A stretch of 64,000 bases of DNA from Tubulanus polymorphus. Taxonomy: Eukaryota; Animalia; Nemertea. Under the pieces are notes generated by a model, which saw only the letters and a list, made by a program, of their open reading frames with translations, made no database searches and was not told where the DNA came from. The position numbers and the translations under genes are program-made. The stretch lies in assembly GCF_964204645.1 (NCBI RefSeq), contig NC_134026.1, forward strand, positions 19,316,150 to 19,380,149, written 5' to 3'. Positions 50,201 through 62,484 of this stretch are shown piece after piece (the stretch's first letter is position 1; each line of letters starts with the position of its first letter).

Positions 50201-53200
50201 AGCACCAGGACCACTCGGAATCAGTATCAGTAATAATCTTCTATGTATTGCCAGGCCCATTTCATATAAATGTGTTAATGAAATGAAGAAGAAAGTTTCA
50301 TCAGTTGATAATGAATATATTTCTATTTACTGATAAATCATCTCGACCTCACATTAGCAATTCATCACAAACCTCGTTTAGAACGAACAGGCTTTGCCTA
50401 GAATATCAACAGATGACTTTCTGAATTTGTCATTTGTCACGCAGTATATGATAAAATTTACTGAAGAATCAATGATAGAAAACGCCAAAGCGATTTGTCT
50501 AAAACCGACGGTAGTTTTTATGGAAACAAAATATGGTAAACGGTCGACAAAACCGAAACCTTCGCAAACGATAAACAATAAAACTACCGATAAAACCATT
50601 CTTAAAACTCTCATTTCCCTTCTAGACGATTCGTCAGTTATACCGAGCTTCGAACGCCGAGTAACGCGACGATAAAATGTCGCCAAAATGAGAATTAGAT
50701 TAATAAAAATCAATAAGCAAAGTGGAAATGTGACGGTGAGGTAGAGGAAAAAATTCTGCTCGGAAACATCGAAAAGCCAGTATCCGATGTTAATACCGGC
50801 GTAACGGATTGGTGTCGTACGCCATGTGATGTATGGCCAATAGTCCGGACAGTTCAGGAATTCAAGGTGTTTTTGGGGTAAAAACTGACAAAAATGCCCG
50901 CCAAAACCTAGTGCTAATATAAACAGCATTGCATATTTTGAGATTAATTTTTTGGGAATTTTACGGGATTTCATCGGAAACAGTACGATGATTAAACGCT
51001 CTAGACTAAGCAGTACAGTGCACCAGTTACGCGTCATCTGAAATATGTAGAAAAACGGTAACGATATTGATATGAAAATCCACCCGAAATTCCATTCGTT
51101 TTCCCGAAACAAAATATCTCCCAAAACGGTGTAAATGTACGCAGTTCTCAGCGGATAAAGAACGAATGTAGCGATCATAAACAAGAGATCGTTTAAAGCG
51201 AGAATTTTGATCAGAAAATAAACGTCGGATTTGAATTGTTTCAGAACTAACAGCGTGAATGCGTTGAATGTTATGCCCAGTACTGATGCAGGTAGATAAC
51301 ATCCCAAGTAGATTAAAACGCTGAATTTGAAACTGTAGTTCGCCGGACGAGTTAGAATTCTCTGACACCGGTTGAGCTGGAATGTTGGACCACTCATAGT
51401 TGTACTAGAAACATTATCGAACATTTTCATCAGCGGTCTGAAATCTCTGTAATACTGTTCTGTTGTATGAATCTGTTTGAATTGTCTCTTTAGTGAGGAG
51501 TAAATTGAATGTAGAGACCGGTCTTCATTAGAGGTTTATTCTCCATAGAATTGTATCCTGTTGTAGATAGTTTCAACGATTCAATTTATGAATAACTGGT
51601 TTCACATATCATCATTTCATCAAATGCAGTTCATCTCATAAACTATTGCTAAAAATTTAACCAAATATGTTGTACGTCGGTTGAAATTGTAGATTAGAAC
51701 TGAAAGGAGTAAATTGAATCATATTCATGGATTTTATGTAATAAAGTTTGAAATTCCATGGTAAATTCCATCAAAATTTCATCTAAAGTTATCTGTAATT
51801 TGATAAACCATAATAAACTTTCAGACAGTTATTTTCGAACTCCTCCAGTGTGGAACCCATCATACTTCATTATTTGCAATAACGCTAAAAAGTCCGACTC
51901 AAGAATGAAAGCTATGGACTAAAGTCATCACGTGCTCGATGTCAGCAGTGTATTTCATTATACCCCCACCCCCCCTGCAACGAAGTGTAGGGGGTGTACT
52001 GATGTCAGCTTGTCTCGTGCCTATCCGTGGACACAATCTTGTCCGGAGATCTCCCAAACTACTGGCGCTCTCTTGTAGTAACAAGCTTAATACACATGCT
52101 TAATACATGAAAAAGATGATGTCAGATAAAGTTCTAAATGAAGCAAATTTGATAATGAAGATGTGTTGCAGATATATAGTTGGTGGAATGAGAAGCCCTG
52201 TGCATGTGTGATAAATAAATGACCTCAGGATAAACATGTATATCTTGATGGCACTGACAATACAATTAGATATGTGTAAATATCGGTATTTATATCTATG
52301 CTTTTCTAATGAACTTTTTCAGTATAAAGATCTCCAAGATAAACTCGCGGCTGCCGAGACTGAGATAGCCGAGTTGAAAAACAAAATGGAAGATGACGAT
52401 TTCGAACTTCAAGTTTCGAAGGAACGCTGCGAGAAGCTCTCGCTCGCTTATACCGAGGTCCAGAATAAACTGTTAGCGCAGAGAGAATCGACCACTGTGT
52501 ATCAGATCGATGGTAGCTCAAGTTCGACGTTAGAAGGCGTTTCCAAGTATAAGGTACGGTTACTATACAATAAATCAGTGAACTGAGAAAGTCTTTGAAG
52601 GAATTTTCTTCAGAAAAAAAGCTTTGTGGCAAGCGGAGTCTACGGGTTTTGGTATTTACAATATTTAAAAAATTTTCGGGCTTCTTTTTATTTGATATTC
52701 AATGTGTTCGCCGTAATATTTTTGAATTGCTTCATGCCCGGTAACAAAGAGTCTAAAATTCAGAAAATGTGAGGTTTGACTATTCTTGCTTGGAGACGGT
52801 TTGAGTTACGTAACTGCAAAATAGATAATCTATCATAGATAATTCTAGAAAAAAAACAGTGGTCAAAACCCAACTATAAATTCATTTTTGTATATCAGTA
52901 GTATGATTTGCTGCGAGAAATGTAACCTATGTCGGTTTGATCAGCTGACTGGTGTATCATCATTTATTTGCAGTTCAATCAACTGGTGGGTGAATTAGAG
53001 GAGACGAGAGAACAGACAGCATCGCGACTTAATGAACTCGAAAAACTACAAAAAGAACATCAAGAATCCGTAAAAGAGGTTGAACGACTACAATTAGAGG
53101 TAGGTTTTCAGTTAATATGAATTATGATATTTATTATGAATTATATGAATAATGATGTTTATGATGAATTATGAAATTTATAACTTCTGATACAAAGGAA

Positions 53201-56200
53201 ATATATATGTATACCGGTACATGTATGTATGTAAGTTTAGTAGACACTTGAGGATCTATGGGTTAAAAGTTATCCTTGCGTATGTAATATCAGAGTACAA
53301 ATGAGTGAGAACATAGATCAGAAAGCATGCTTTCACCACCTTCCCAGCAGGCAGGTAAAAACAGACCCCAGACATTGAAAGAACTGTTTTTATGTTGGGT
53401 TTTCTGATGTAAAATGAATTCAGACAATGTATATATACAATGTGCCTACTCGGCCCTAGGTTGCATGATGAAGCAAAAACATATGAGTCATTGATAATTC
53501 GCAAAAAATTTTATGAGTGCTTAGAAAAACTAGCCCAGTGTTGTATGGACTTATATGAATACTAAATGAACAATCTGATGAACAAATAACTTTATATATT
53601 TCAGCTCCAACAGTTGCCGGAGAAAGTGATTGTGGATACAACTGAATACAAGTGTCTTCAGTCAAAGTTTTCAGTATTGTACAACGAATCGATGCAGATG
53701 AAACAACAACTGGAGGAAACGAGGACCACTTTACAGAACAGTAAAAATGCTCATCTACGACAAATTGAGCAGATGGAGGTATGCTACTAGGATGTTTAGA
53801 TTCAGTATTGTTTGGGCCAGTTTACCCCTCTTAGTACAATAATAATAATCTATTAGATGATAATACATGTAGATATACACGTTAGCCGCTGAAATTGAGC
53901 ATTTTCAGTAGAGTTGTGATAGTAAAAGTGTATGTAGGCTCATTATGCAAATACAGTATGTTGAATTATCTAATAAATCTAACAGCTTTTTGCCAAGTAA
54001 TTCTAAGTAACTAATTGTGACTGAAATAGTTGTGGTGGGTTTTGTGGAGAGACAACATAGTGAGTTCAGGAGTTTGCCGCTTTTGTTTTCCTGGATCCAG
54101 TTTCACAGTTCCGACTTCAGATATAACTCTGAGTTAAAACATTGAAAATTAACTAATTTCAACTCGGATTTGAATCTAACTCACAACTGTGGAACTGAGT
54201 TCTAGTTCTTAACAACTCATGTCAAACTTCACATGCTACATGATACAGTGTGAAGATATTTGGATTGATCGATTGATTTTATCTTAAAAATTTGTAGTAA
54301 TTACGTACAGAATATGCATATGTTGTTATCAAATGTGTACTTCGTCATCTAAATTCAGGGCGATGAACTTGCTTGTCAGAAGAAGCTGAGAACCGAGGTC
54401 ATTCAACTCGAAGATAATTTGGCTCAAGTCCGCAAAGAATACGAGATGTTACGAATTGAATTCGAACAAACCTTAGCAGCAAATGAGCAAACAGGTAAGT
54501 GAAAGGTTTATCCAATTTGATTTTGATCGATTTGATTTTGAATCTGTCCAGAAGTCCAGAAATTATACAGAATTATCCAAATAATTCTGATGAGTTCTGA
54601 TCTAAGACATGGGGTGTAGGTGGCAGAATCCTGGAAGTAATATACTTTCCATGAATACTTAACTGTCAACAATAGTTCTCAGCTGAAAGTGATTTTGTTT
54701 AATTGTCAATAAGGATGATGATAATCATATTTCAGGGTACCAGTATGGACATGTACCAGTTGCATCATACTGAGCAATATCGGTCCCAAAAGTTAAATAT
54801 ATATATAATTTCCCTGACGAATGTCCAAAAATGGTCTTTAATCTTTAGACTAGTTTTCAGTTGTTAGATTGGCTATAGAACTTAGTTGGTCTGAACCTGG
54901 TCTTAAATCTAAGCCATGATTGCAAGCGGCCCCAGCTTTATAAATTGATCAGTTACCCATGATTGGTTATTTCTTTTTGCAGGTCCCATTAATCGTGAGA
55001 TGAGACATTTGATAACCAGTTTACAGAATCACAACCATCAGTTGAAAGGTGAAGTTAATCGATACAAGCGGAAATTACGCGAAGCACAAACCGATATCGC
55101 TAAGGTAATGAAGAAAACATCGCTCTTCCTTAATTTCTGGAAAGTTTTAATGTAGAAAAAAATTATTTTCGGTGGGATTTCATTGGTCTAAATTTCAAGG
55201 AAATAACGAAAACATCCCTCCTGCAATAATTCTAGGGTTAAGATTGCATACCATTTTGGTTTTATTTGACAGTACATGTTCATGATATACACAATATTCG
55301 CAACATCCTCCATTCTTTGCCTTTCTGGATTTGAGGAATGCCATTTAATAGAATATCGCAATACTGCAGCATACCACAATAACATGAAATTCTACCAGGG
55401 CATACAGTTATTGGAAGTTTGAGTTATTGGAAGTCAAATCCTAATAGAGAGAACTGTGGAACCAGTATCCCAATGTGTGAATACTAGATAAGATTTTCAC
55501 CAGCATCTTGCCTTGCCATGACAGTGATAACCTTAGATATCAGCATTTAAAAATTAGGTTCATTACTCTAATAATTAGTTAGACTAAAAACATGTACAAA
55601 TTGCGTCACGCGTGAAATGACTCTTGTTTTTCTAATACGATAGGTTTCGTAGATGTGTTGATACTAGATAAGATTTTCACTATTTCAGTTCAAAGCCGAG
55701 TTAAATCTTCACGACGGCGTAAAACACGAAGTGAAAAGCGAATTGGACGAGCCGGTCGCTGTAAAAACTGAGGACGTACCCGAGATCAAGAAAGAGCCGG
55801 TGGAAGTACACGTGAAACTCGAACCGGAAGACGACTACAATCGATGCGAGGAGAAGAAAGACATCGAACACGAAATCAAGAAACGCGAACGCCACGGCTC
55901 GGAGAAGCATCGAGAGGAGAAAAAACACCGCGAACGGGAAATGAAAGCCGATCCAGAAATAATCAAAGATCTCAAAGCGCAGCTTAAGTAAGCTTGTCTC
56001 ACTGTTTCTTTCCTCGTCAAATACTGAGCATTATCCTGAGCTTATTTCATCAACTTTGAAAGAAATCCTTAGAATAGATATTCCGTTCAAAAGTATCCAC
56101 CAAAATGTCTGATGTTAGCTTGCTTCGAGGCTTCTGGAGACTGCATATTGTATAGCAAAGACACTATTACATTTGAATTCGACTATTAAGATGTTTTTTT

Positions 56201-59200
56201 GCTATTCACTTAATGTTTTTAATAGTACACTAATGTTCACTTTCTTAAGTTAAGACACTGATTTCAACTACTACTTTTGTTCCCAATATGTATCTAAGAC
56301 CTGAGCAATTTTAGTTTTACGTATTCTATTTACAGAAAATCGCAAGATAGTCAAAAGGAGATGAAATTGTTATTAGACATGTATAAAAGTGCACCGAAAG
56401 AACAACGTGATAAGGTTATGGTAAGTGTTTTAAAAATTGAATGATATTCATCATGAAATAGTCTGTGGAAGAGACAGTCGCTTTCCATAAATACCCTATG
56501 AATCATAGAATACAATATGATAATTATTATAATAATTATATTGATTATTATTATAAGTATTAGGTAGTTTATTTCTTTATTTAAAAGTACAAAATGATAA
56601 CATAGTCACATCACAATTACATAAGTGGGATAAGTACAACAATGCACTTTGCTACTATACAATGTAGTACCAGAAAAATGACAAAAAGGACTATTAGGGC
56701 ATACATTTTAACAAAAAAGCACTGGCAGAATAGTATAGTATTGGATGAAATCACGGAATGTGAGTTGAACAAAGAAATGAAGAAAACTAGCGATGAGTTC
56801 AATATGAAGCGTTTTTGTTACTGGTATCCATTCATTGATTCGGTGAATGTGACAGATGGTAGTGGCGCTGTTTTGGTGTAATTCATAGAGGCAGCTATAT
56901 CTCCCAGACAGATAAAGATATATGAAAAATACATGCAAAATGAACTGTACATGCCCAATAAATATTATTAGCAAAGGAACTTGTCACAAAAGAATTTAGG
57001 GTAATGTGTATGCTCTGGCGAGGGGATGGGACCAAACTGCAGATTGATTTAGGTTTCTTTTTATTCAAAAAGATTTTTGTTGGTTTCAGTGGTCATAAAT
57101 TATAAGGCAAGAGCGAAGTAAAATGTGTCGTACTGTGTAATGTCGAATTTTCGAGAAAGTTCATCATTTTCAATGAATCTGTTTGTGTGTATTTTGATAG
57201 TTGATGGCGAACGAGAAGAAAGCTCGTCAGGAGATCGACGACTTGAAGGCTCATATACGAAAATTGCAGGAGAATGAACGTAAAGAGAAGCGCAAGCTAG
57301 CGGACGACGACGCGATCAGAAAAATTAAAAAACACGAAGAAACTATCGATGAACTACAGAAAAATCTGAAGGCACAAAAACAGGTGAGGTCAACAGGTGT
57401 TCTCTACAAACAGTTTCTTAGGCAGAAGATGACTTTATTTGACCATAACTTTCATGTTTGAGATATAATGCTGTATGATGACACTGGCTTGTATTGAGTT
57501 TTATGGACTCGGTGAAATGTGTTTGCTGCCAACTATGAGATATCTTGTAGCTCCAGTTCTTCGTCCATTGTCACTATGAGTTCATTAACTCATTGCAATG
57601 CTGACCCTTCTAATTCAATGTTTGATATTTGTGCTCTGACATTCGTAAGGATGAGCGTTCACTGAAAAGCCAGCTCCATTGAGTTACTTAATCAAGGTCA
57701 TCTCATATCCAAATCTAGATTGTGTTAAACGTGCATGCTGTTTAGAACCCTTCCAACATTTATCAAATGTTTTTGTCTAAGTGTTACCAACATTTTTCAG
57801 CGTATGCTTTTACACGCTTCCTTATTTTCAGGAAGAAGACGCCATGCTCAATGAAATGGAGGTCACTGGACAGGCATTCGAAGATATGCAGGAACAGAAC
57901 GTCAGACTCTTGCAGCAACTTCGAGAAAAAGACGACGCCAACTTTAAACTTATGTCTGAGGTATGTAGAATAGGATATCAGAAATGAATTTCATTCTTTA
58001 CATCCTTACATGCTTGCATATCATCCGTACATAAATTATTTTATATTAAATGTTTTTATCTAGAGAATCAAATTCAATCAGATACACAAGTTATTGCGAG
58101 AAGAAAAAGAAGTTCTCGGCGAACAAGTTGGCACGTTACAGGCGCAGGTCGAAGCTCAGATGCAAGTCGTTCGTCAGCTCGAAGAGAAAGAACGCATTTT
58201 ACAAAATAACTTATCAACAGTTGAAAAGGAACTTAGGTATGTTTTTAAGATGTAGCACGCAGTTGTGAATAAATCTTTGAAGGACGTATCTTGCTGTCAT
58301 CGCCTTTAGCTAATGGCTGTAAGAGGGTTAATCAACACTCGATTAACATTCAGGCAAACCAGTCATAGCAGACAAATTTTACTACTTTCAATTATGAAGT
58401 GCCTGGTTACCTGAATAAATGATTTGAAATTAATACTTTTCAATTAAGAAAAAAAGAACAAAAATTGTATCCAAATTTCAAAAATTCTTGACCCAAATTT
58501 CTGACACTGAACTTAAGTAGGGCACTTTGCAAATTAAGGGGGTTCATTTACTACTCCCGAACCTCCCTCGGCAAAGGCCTGGTCGCTCCATACTTACTCT
58601 CTGGCAACCGGCAAACCATGGTTCCATATCGGCTAAATAATAACGGGGATATTCTTTATCCTCAATGCATACATTATTCAAATCTGAATAATGGCTGTTG
58701 GATCTATGGCTAACTACACATGATGATTTTGCTTACAACAGTTGTAACTGGGTAGAATCAGGGTGTCCGCAAATGAGATACATGTAATCACTTTTGACAA
58801 TGAATCATCGTGGATTTTGAATTATTTTTTCACAGTTTAAGGCAACAAGCATTGGAGATGCATAAACGAAAGTCAATAGAGGGCGGTCAAACAGTAAATG
58901 ATTTACAAATGCATTTAGATAAATATACAGCTCAGTTAAAGGATGCTCAAATGGGTGTGGCAGAAAAGGCTGCTGCTCTAGAAAAAGAGATGTTCAAACA
59001 GAAACGAATGCAGGTACGCTTATGTTTTTACATTAACAGAACAGGTCTGTACACCCGTCCCAAAAAATTGTAAATTGAATTTAAATTTTTAGTTAAAATC
59101 TGTTGGAACATGGCTCTAAGGCCTGATTTAGGTTGGTTTACTTAAGGCCCAATTCAAGTTGGTTTATTTCCTATTCATTGACCTTCATAAAACTATCAAA

Positions 59201-59654
59201 ACCGGTCCTGATTTTACACCGGCTTAAACTTTGAAATTTCCTGTTCCATGGAAAGACACCCTCTTATTTTCTTGTATGCTTTGTAGGAAGAAATAGCCAG
59301 TTTGAAAAAGAAACTGGATCGAATGAAAAAGATTGAATTAGCAGGCACTGCCGATGAGGTACTCCTAGAAGAAATAAAGGAATATAAGGTTCGTGAATTT
59401 ATTTTTTAGGTTTCGATTTTCGATTGAAAATGTCCGATGTGAATCATTTCGAATAATTTCTCACTTTTCATTTCCAGGAACAATTGACTTGTCCGTCGTG
59501 TAAAGTGAAGAAGAAGGACGCCATATTGACGAAATGCTTTCACGTATTCTGTCTGGAATGTTTGCGCACGCGTTACGAGACTCGACAGCGAAAATGTCCA
59601 AAGTGCAATGCCGGTTTCGGAGCTAACGATTTTCACAGGGTTTATCTATCCTAA
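44259..59654 (+). CDS. BRE1: E3 ubiquitin ligase BRE1 (RNF20/RNF40 ortholog), 19 coding exons
   Basis: Exons 44259-44381, 45056-45223, 45393-45474, 46185-46317, 46621-46766, 48457-48650, 52323-52553, 52974-53099, 53605-53778, 54359-54494, 54983-55104, 55689-55987, 56336-56420, 57201-57383, 57832-57960, 58064-58236, 58836-59013, 59287-59388, 59478-59654. Motifs [82 protein letters not shown]. Confidence 0.96.
45589..45905 (+). mobile_element. tRNA-derived CORE-like SINE with L2-type 3' tail
   Basis: A/B-box-like head, TCCTTGGGTAAGACACTTATCCTCATTGCCTCTCTCCACCTAGGAG core, tail GCGCTATATAAATG..ATTATTAT. Confidence 0.8.
47533..47820. mobile_element. Tc1/pogo-like MITE
   Basis: TA-CAGTAC..GACTCCTC..ACTCAAAT ... 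ATTTGAGTTAGGAGGAGTCTAGTACTG-TA. Confidence 0.65.
47913..47924 (+). other. Candidate 12-nt in-frame microexon of BRE1
   Basis: CATAG|TGTATGCACCGG|GTAAGT; phase 1-1, adds VYAP. Confidence 0.45.
50378..51430 (-). CDS. Intronless rhodopsin-family (FMRFamide-receptor-like) GPCR nested in a BRE1 intron
   Basis: 350 aa with about seven hydrophobic segments; LALNDL (TM2), [11 protein letters not shown] (DRY-equivalent), VVLLFIVCE (TM6), [13 protein letters not shown] (TM7/H8). Confidence 0.9.
   Translation of the reverse strand: MKMFDNVSSTTMSGPTFQLNRCQRILTRPANYSFKFSVLIYLGCYLPASVLGITFNAFTLLVLKQFKSDVYFLIKILALNDLLFMIATFVLYPLRTAYIYTVLGDILFRENEWNFGWIFISISLPFFYIFQMTRNWCTVLLSLERLIIVLFPMKSRKIPKKLISKYAMLFILALGFGGHFCQFLPQKHLEFLNCPDYWPYITWRTTPIRYAGINIGYWLFDVSEQNFFLYLTVTFPLCLLIFINLILILATFYRRVTRRSKLGITDESSRREMRVLRMVLSVVLLFIVCEGFGFVDRLPYFVSIKTTVGFRQIALAFSIIDSSVNFIIYCVTNDKFRKSSVDILGKACSF
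51958..52100 (+). mobile_element. HINE/DINE-1-like 5' fragment (different family)
   Basis: TTATACCCCC..CGAAGTGTAGGGGGTGTACTG hairpin start followed by degenerate GTCY-like sequence. Confidence 0.5.
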
Positions 59655-60485
59655 AAGAGAGGGAGAGGAAGGCGGCGATGGTCAAAACCAACATTCCGCA
59701 CGAATTCAAATTCGTTTTTAGGGTGAATTTGAATTGGTCGGGTATATGTACTGAGCTTGAGAATGGATGCGGTAGTAGAAATGAATTTGTGTTCGAAAAT
59801 CCAGCATCATGGCTGTAGATACCTGTTCGGTAGTATTACATCGTCATATTGGCATCGATGTTCATTCCAAATCAAGCGATGTTCATTTTATGATTTTGAA
59901 TGTATTAAGTGGCATTGCACTCTCTGTGCTGGGTTGAACCAAATTTATATTGTATATTATGGATCCGATTTGCAAAATCTGCAAATGTCTTCAGTGATAC
60001 ACGAAAACTAAGTGTTGATTGATGTTACAACAGTTATCATAAGTTCGATGTGTTCTGTTGTTAAGTGTATGCGTTTAGAGATACCCATCACATTGTTTTT
60101 GTGATTAATTAGATGTTCCAGGGACCTCCCTGGTTGGTCGAAGTGTAGCATATAGTTCTGGGAAAAGGAAGAAAGAAGTTATTTCCCTACATAAAACTGT
60201 AGCGAGGAGTAATTGAAAATTATCCAAAATAAAAGAAATTTTTATGAAATAAATAATCTAGTCTGTTATTATTTGATTTATTATACCATATATACCCCGG
60301 TACGTTTACACTATAGTCGACTTTGCATCACTCTGATCTTTTAGTCTGATTTCATGTGAGGTTGACCCACAATTAGTCAATTTGAGGTAGGAATTTTTTG
60401 GACAAATGGCACTGTGGACCAAATAGGATAAAAATTAACAACATTTCGAACTCTCACTTGAGATCATCGTCACGACGTTCAACCG

Positions 60486-60580
60486 ACAGGGCCTCGTATC
60501 AGAGTTGTAGATTAATGTAAAAATGATAATGTATCAATCCAAAGTGTATATATATATATATGTGTGTGTGCGTGCGTATG

Positions 60581-60650
<70 letters not shown>

Positions 60651-60758
60651 GTGAACCCCGGGTGCCTTATTCAAACTAATATTGTTTAAAAATTAAGGAA
60701 CATTAAAAATTTAATAGATTATTGTTCTTACAGTACCTACAACTCTGATACGAGCCCT
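60486..60758. mobile_element. CAGGG(G)CTCGTATCAGAGTTGTAG MITE containing a long (TA)n microsatellite
   Basis: Same TIR family as 40884-42286; (TA)n/(TG)n at ~60546-60646. Confidence 0.75.
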
Positions 60759-61653
60759 TGGGGTTCCCGATGCAACTTAATTACCATTTATCCTTAATTA
60801 GTTTACAACCCTTTGAAAAATTAAAATCGAATTTTATCTGTCAAGAATTTATGGATAAATTTTTAATGTTCCTTAATTTTTAAACAATATTAGTTTGAAT
60901 AAGGCACCCGGGGTTCACTTCATTACGCGCGAAAAACTGAATTAATCGGGATTCGAACCCAATTGACATTGATAATTAGCTGCTGGTGTGTCGCTAGGTG
61001 GTACCCTGCAACATTTCGGAGCTCTCAATTCAAAAATCTATATGCGAAAAAAAATGTAGAGATCGTTAGTTATTGAACATCACCCAATGAACTAAATCCG
61101 ACATCTTACATAGGTAATCATTCCTCTAGTGTATCCTAAAAAACTAAATATGCCTGGTAAATGTTATGTGCTGAGCTACTACCTACCAACCAGCAGAAGA
61201 ACTTTTTCTGCTCAAGAGCCAAGAGGTCACTCAATTCAATAAAAACTTTATTGATCTGTTGTTACACAACAACATCAGACCTACAGCAAAAAAGTGAACA
61301 AACTACAGAATCACTGATTATTCTGTGCAAGAAAAAATTGTAGAAAGAGATGTGCGATAATTCATACCCCAAATCTTCCGTCCAAAGATGGATTTCCGAC
61401 CTGTTAGTATTTTAGTTTCACTTCCATCATTCTTGAGAATAGTGTAAATCCTGGTCACAAAGTTCTGAGATCGGTAGATCACAGCTTTCGTAAAAGCGCT
61501 GCGAACCGTAAAAGCGTTCATTATAAGTAAGTGTTTTCCCGATCTCCATTCCAGAAGACAGTACAAATTGAATCAATAATTGTATATATTTTATCGTAAA
61601 CATTGTATTGATTGTACGTGTAACATTGAAAAAGCCGATTGCGGAAGCAGAAC

Positions 61654-62140
61654 CATCCTCCCACGGCAGGGATTCGAACCGGCTTCAGTAGCTCAGTGAG
61701 ATAAGGCGTGATGCTGTTGCATCCCTTATCAGTGCTGAAGGACAAGTGAGGTTAAATGAATATTCCAATAGGGTTAGTGTCGGGAAAACAATATCCGAGT
61801 GACGTAAAGCCAAAACAAACAAACCTGATGGCATCACTACACTCAGCCACGGCACGAACCTCTGCCACACTAGACCGGGTGCGCAGGTACATGCGCAGCT
61901 TTGCTGCACGAAATCTTGCGGCACCAATCAGATGGCTCGTATAATTGCTGAGGTAAATTTCACGGGAGATCTATAAGTGGGAAAACGGAAAACCCGGGCC
62001 AAAATAAAACAGGATTTTTGATTGGCTGATAATGACCTCATCTAAGCTGCGCGTGTAGCTAGCGCTCGGTCTAGTGTGGTAGGGTTTCATACCATGGCAA
62101 TCTCAATGCCATCAGTTATGAATCCCTGCCGGGGAGGATG
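61654..62140. mobile_element. MITE with 9-bp TSD (Mutator-like)
   Basis: TIRs CATCCTCCCACGGCAGGGATTCGAAC / GTTATGAATCCCTGCCGGGGAGGATG; TSD AAGCAGAAC / ATGCAGAAC. Confidence 0.8.
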
Positions 62141-62484
62141 ATGCAGAACCGGCCCGTGTATCTGACGTCTGGGCGAGGCCCGGCCGGGTTGAAGACTTGT
62201 GGGTGTGTCTGGGACTGTGACCGTGTTTCAGATGCTACTGGTGCAATTCAATTCAATAGTTGATTTTGTGGCTCAACTTACGGAGATTGAGTCAATTCGA
62301 GGGGAGGAGGGTGATGGTGATATGGATTTCATGTGGGCATAGGTGGACAGGGTTCAAACATCCATATTGTGTGTGGACATCTTTTATGGACCTAATCATC
62401 CGGGTAGGAGTTGACCTGCTATATCGATGATTGTTGTCGTACAGATATTTACTATACTGCTCTATCAATTTTCAGAATCTAGGG

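Noticed and set aside
61318-61566. 82-aa - strand ORF vaguely like a LINE C-terminus
   Set aside because: Too degenerate to assign by eye.
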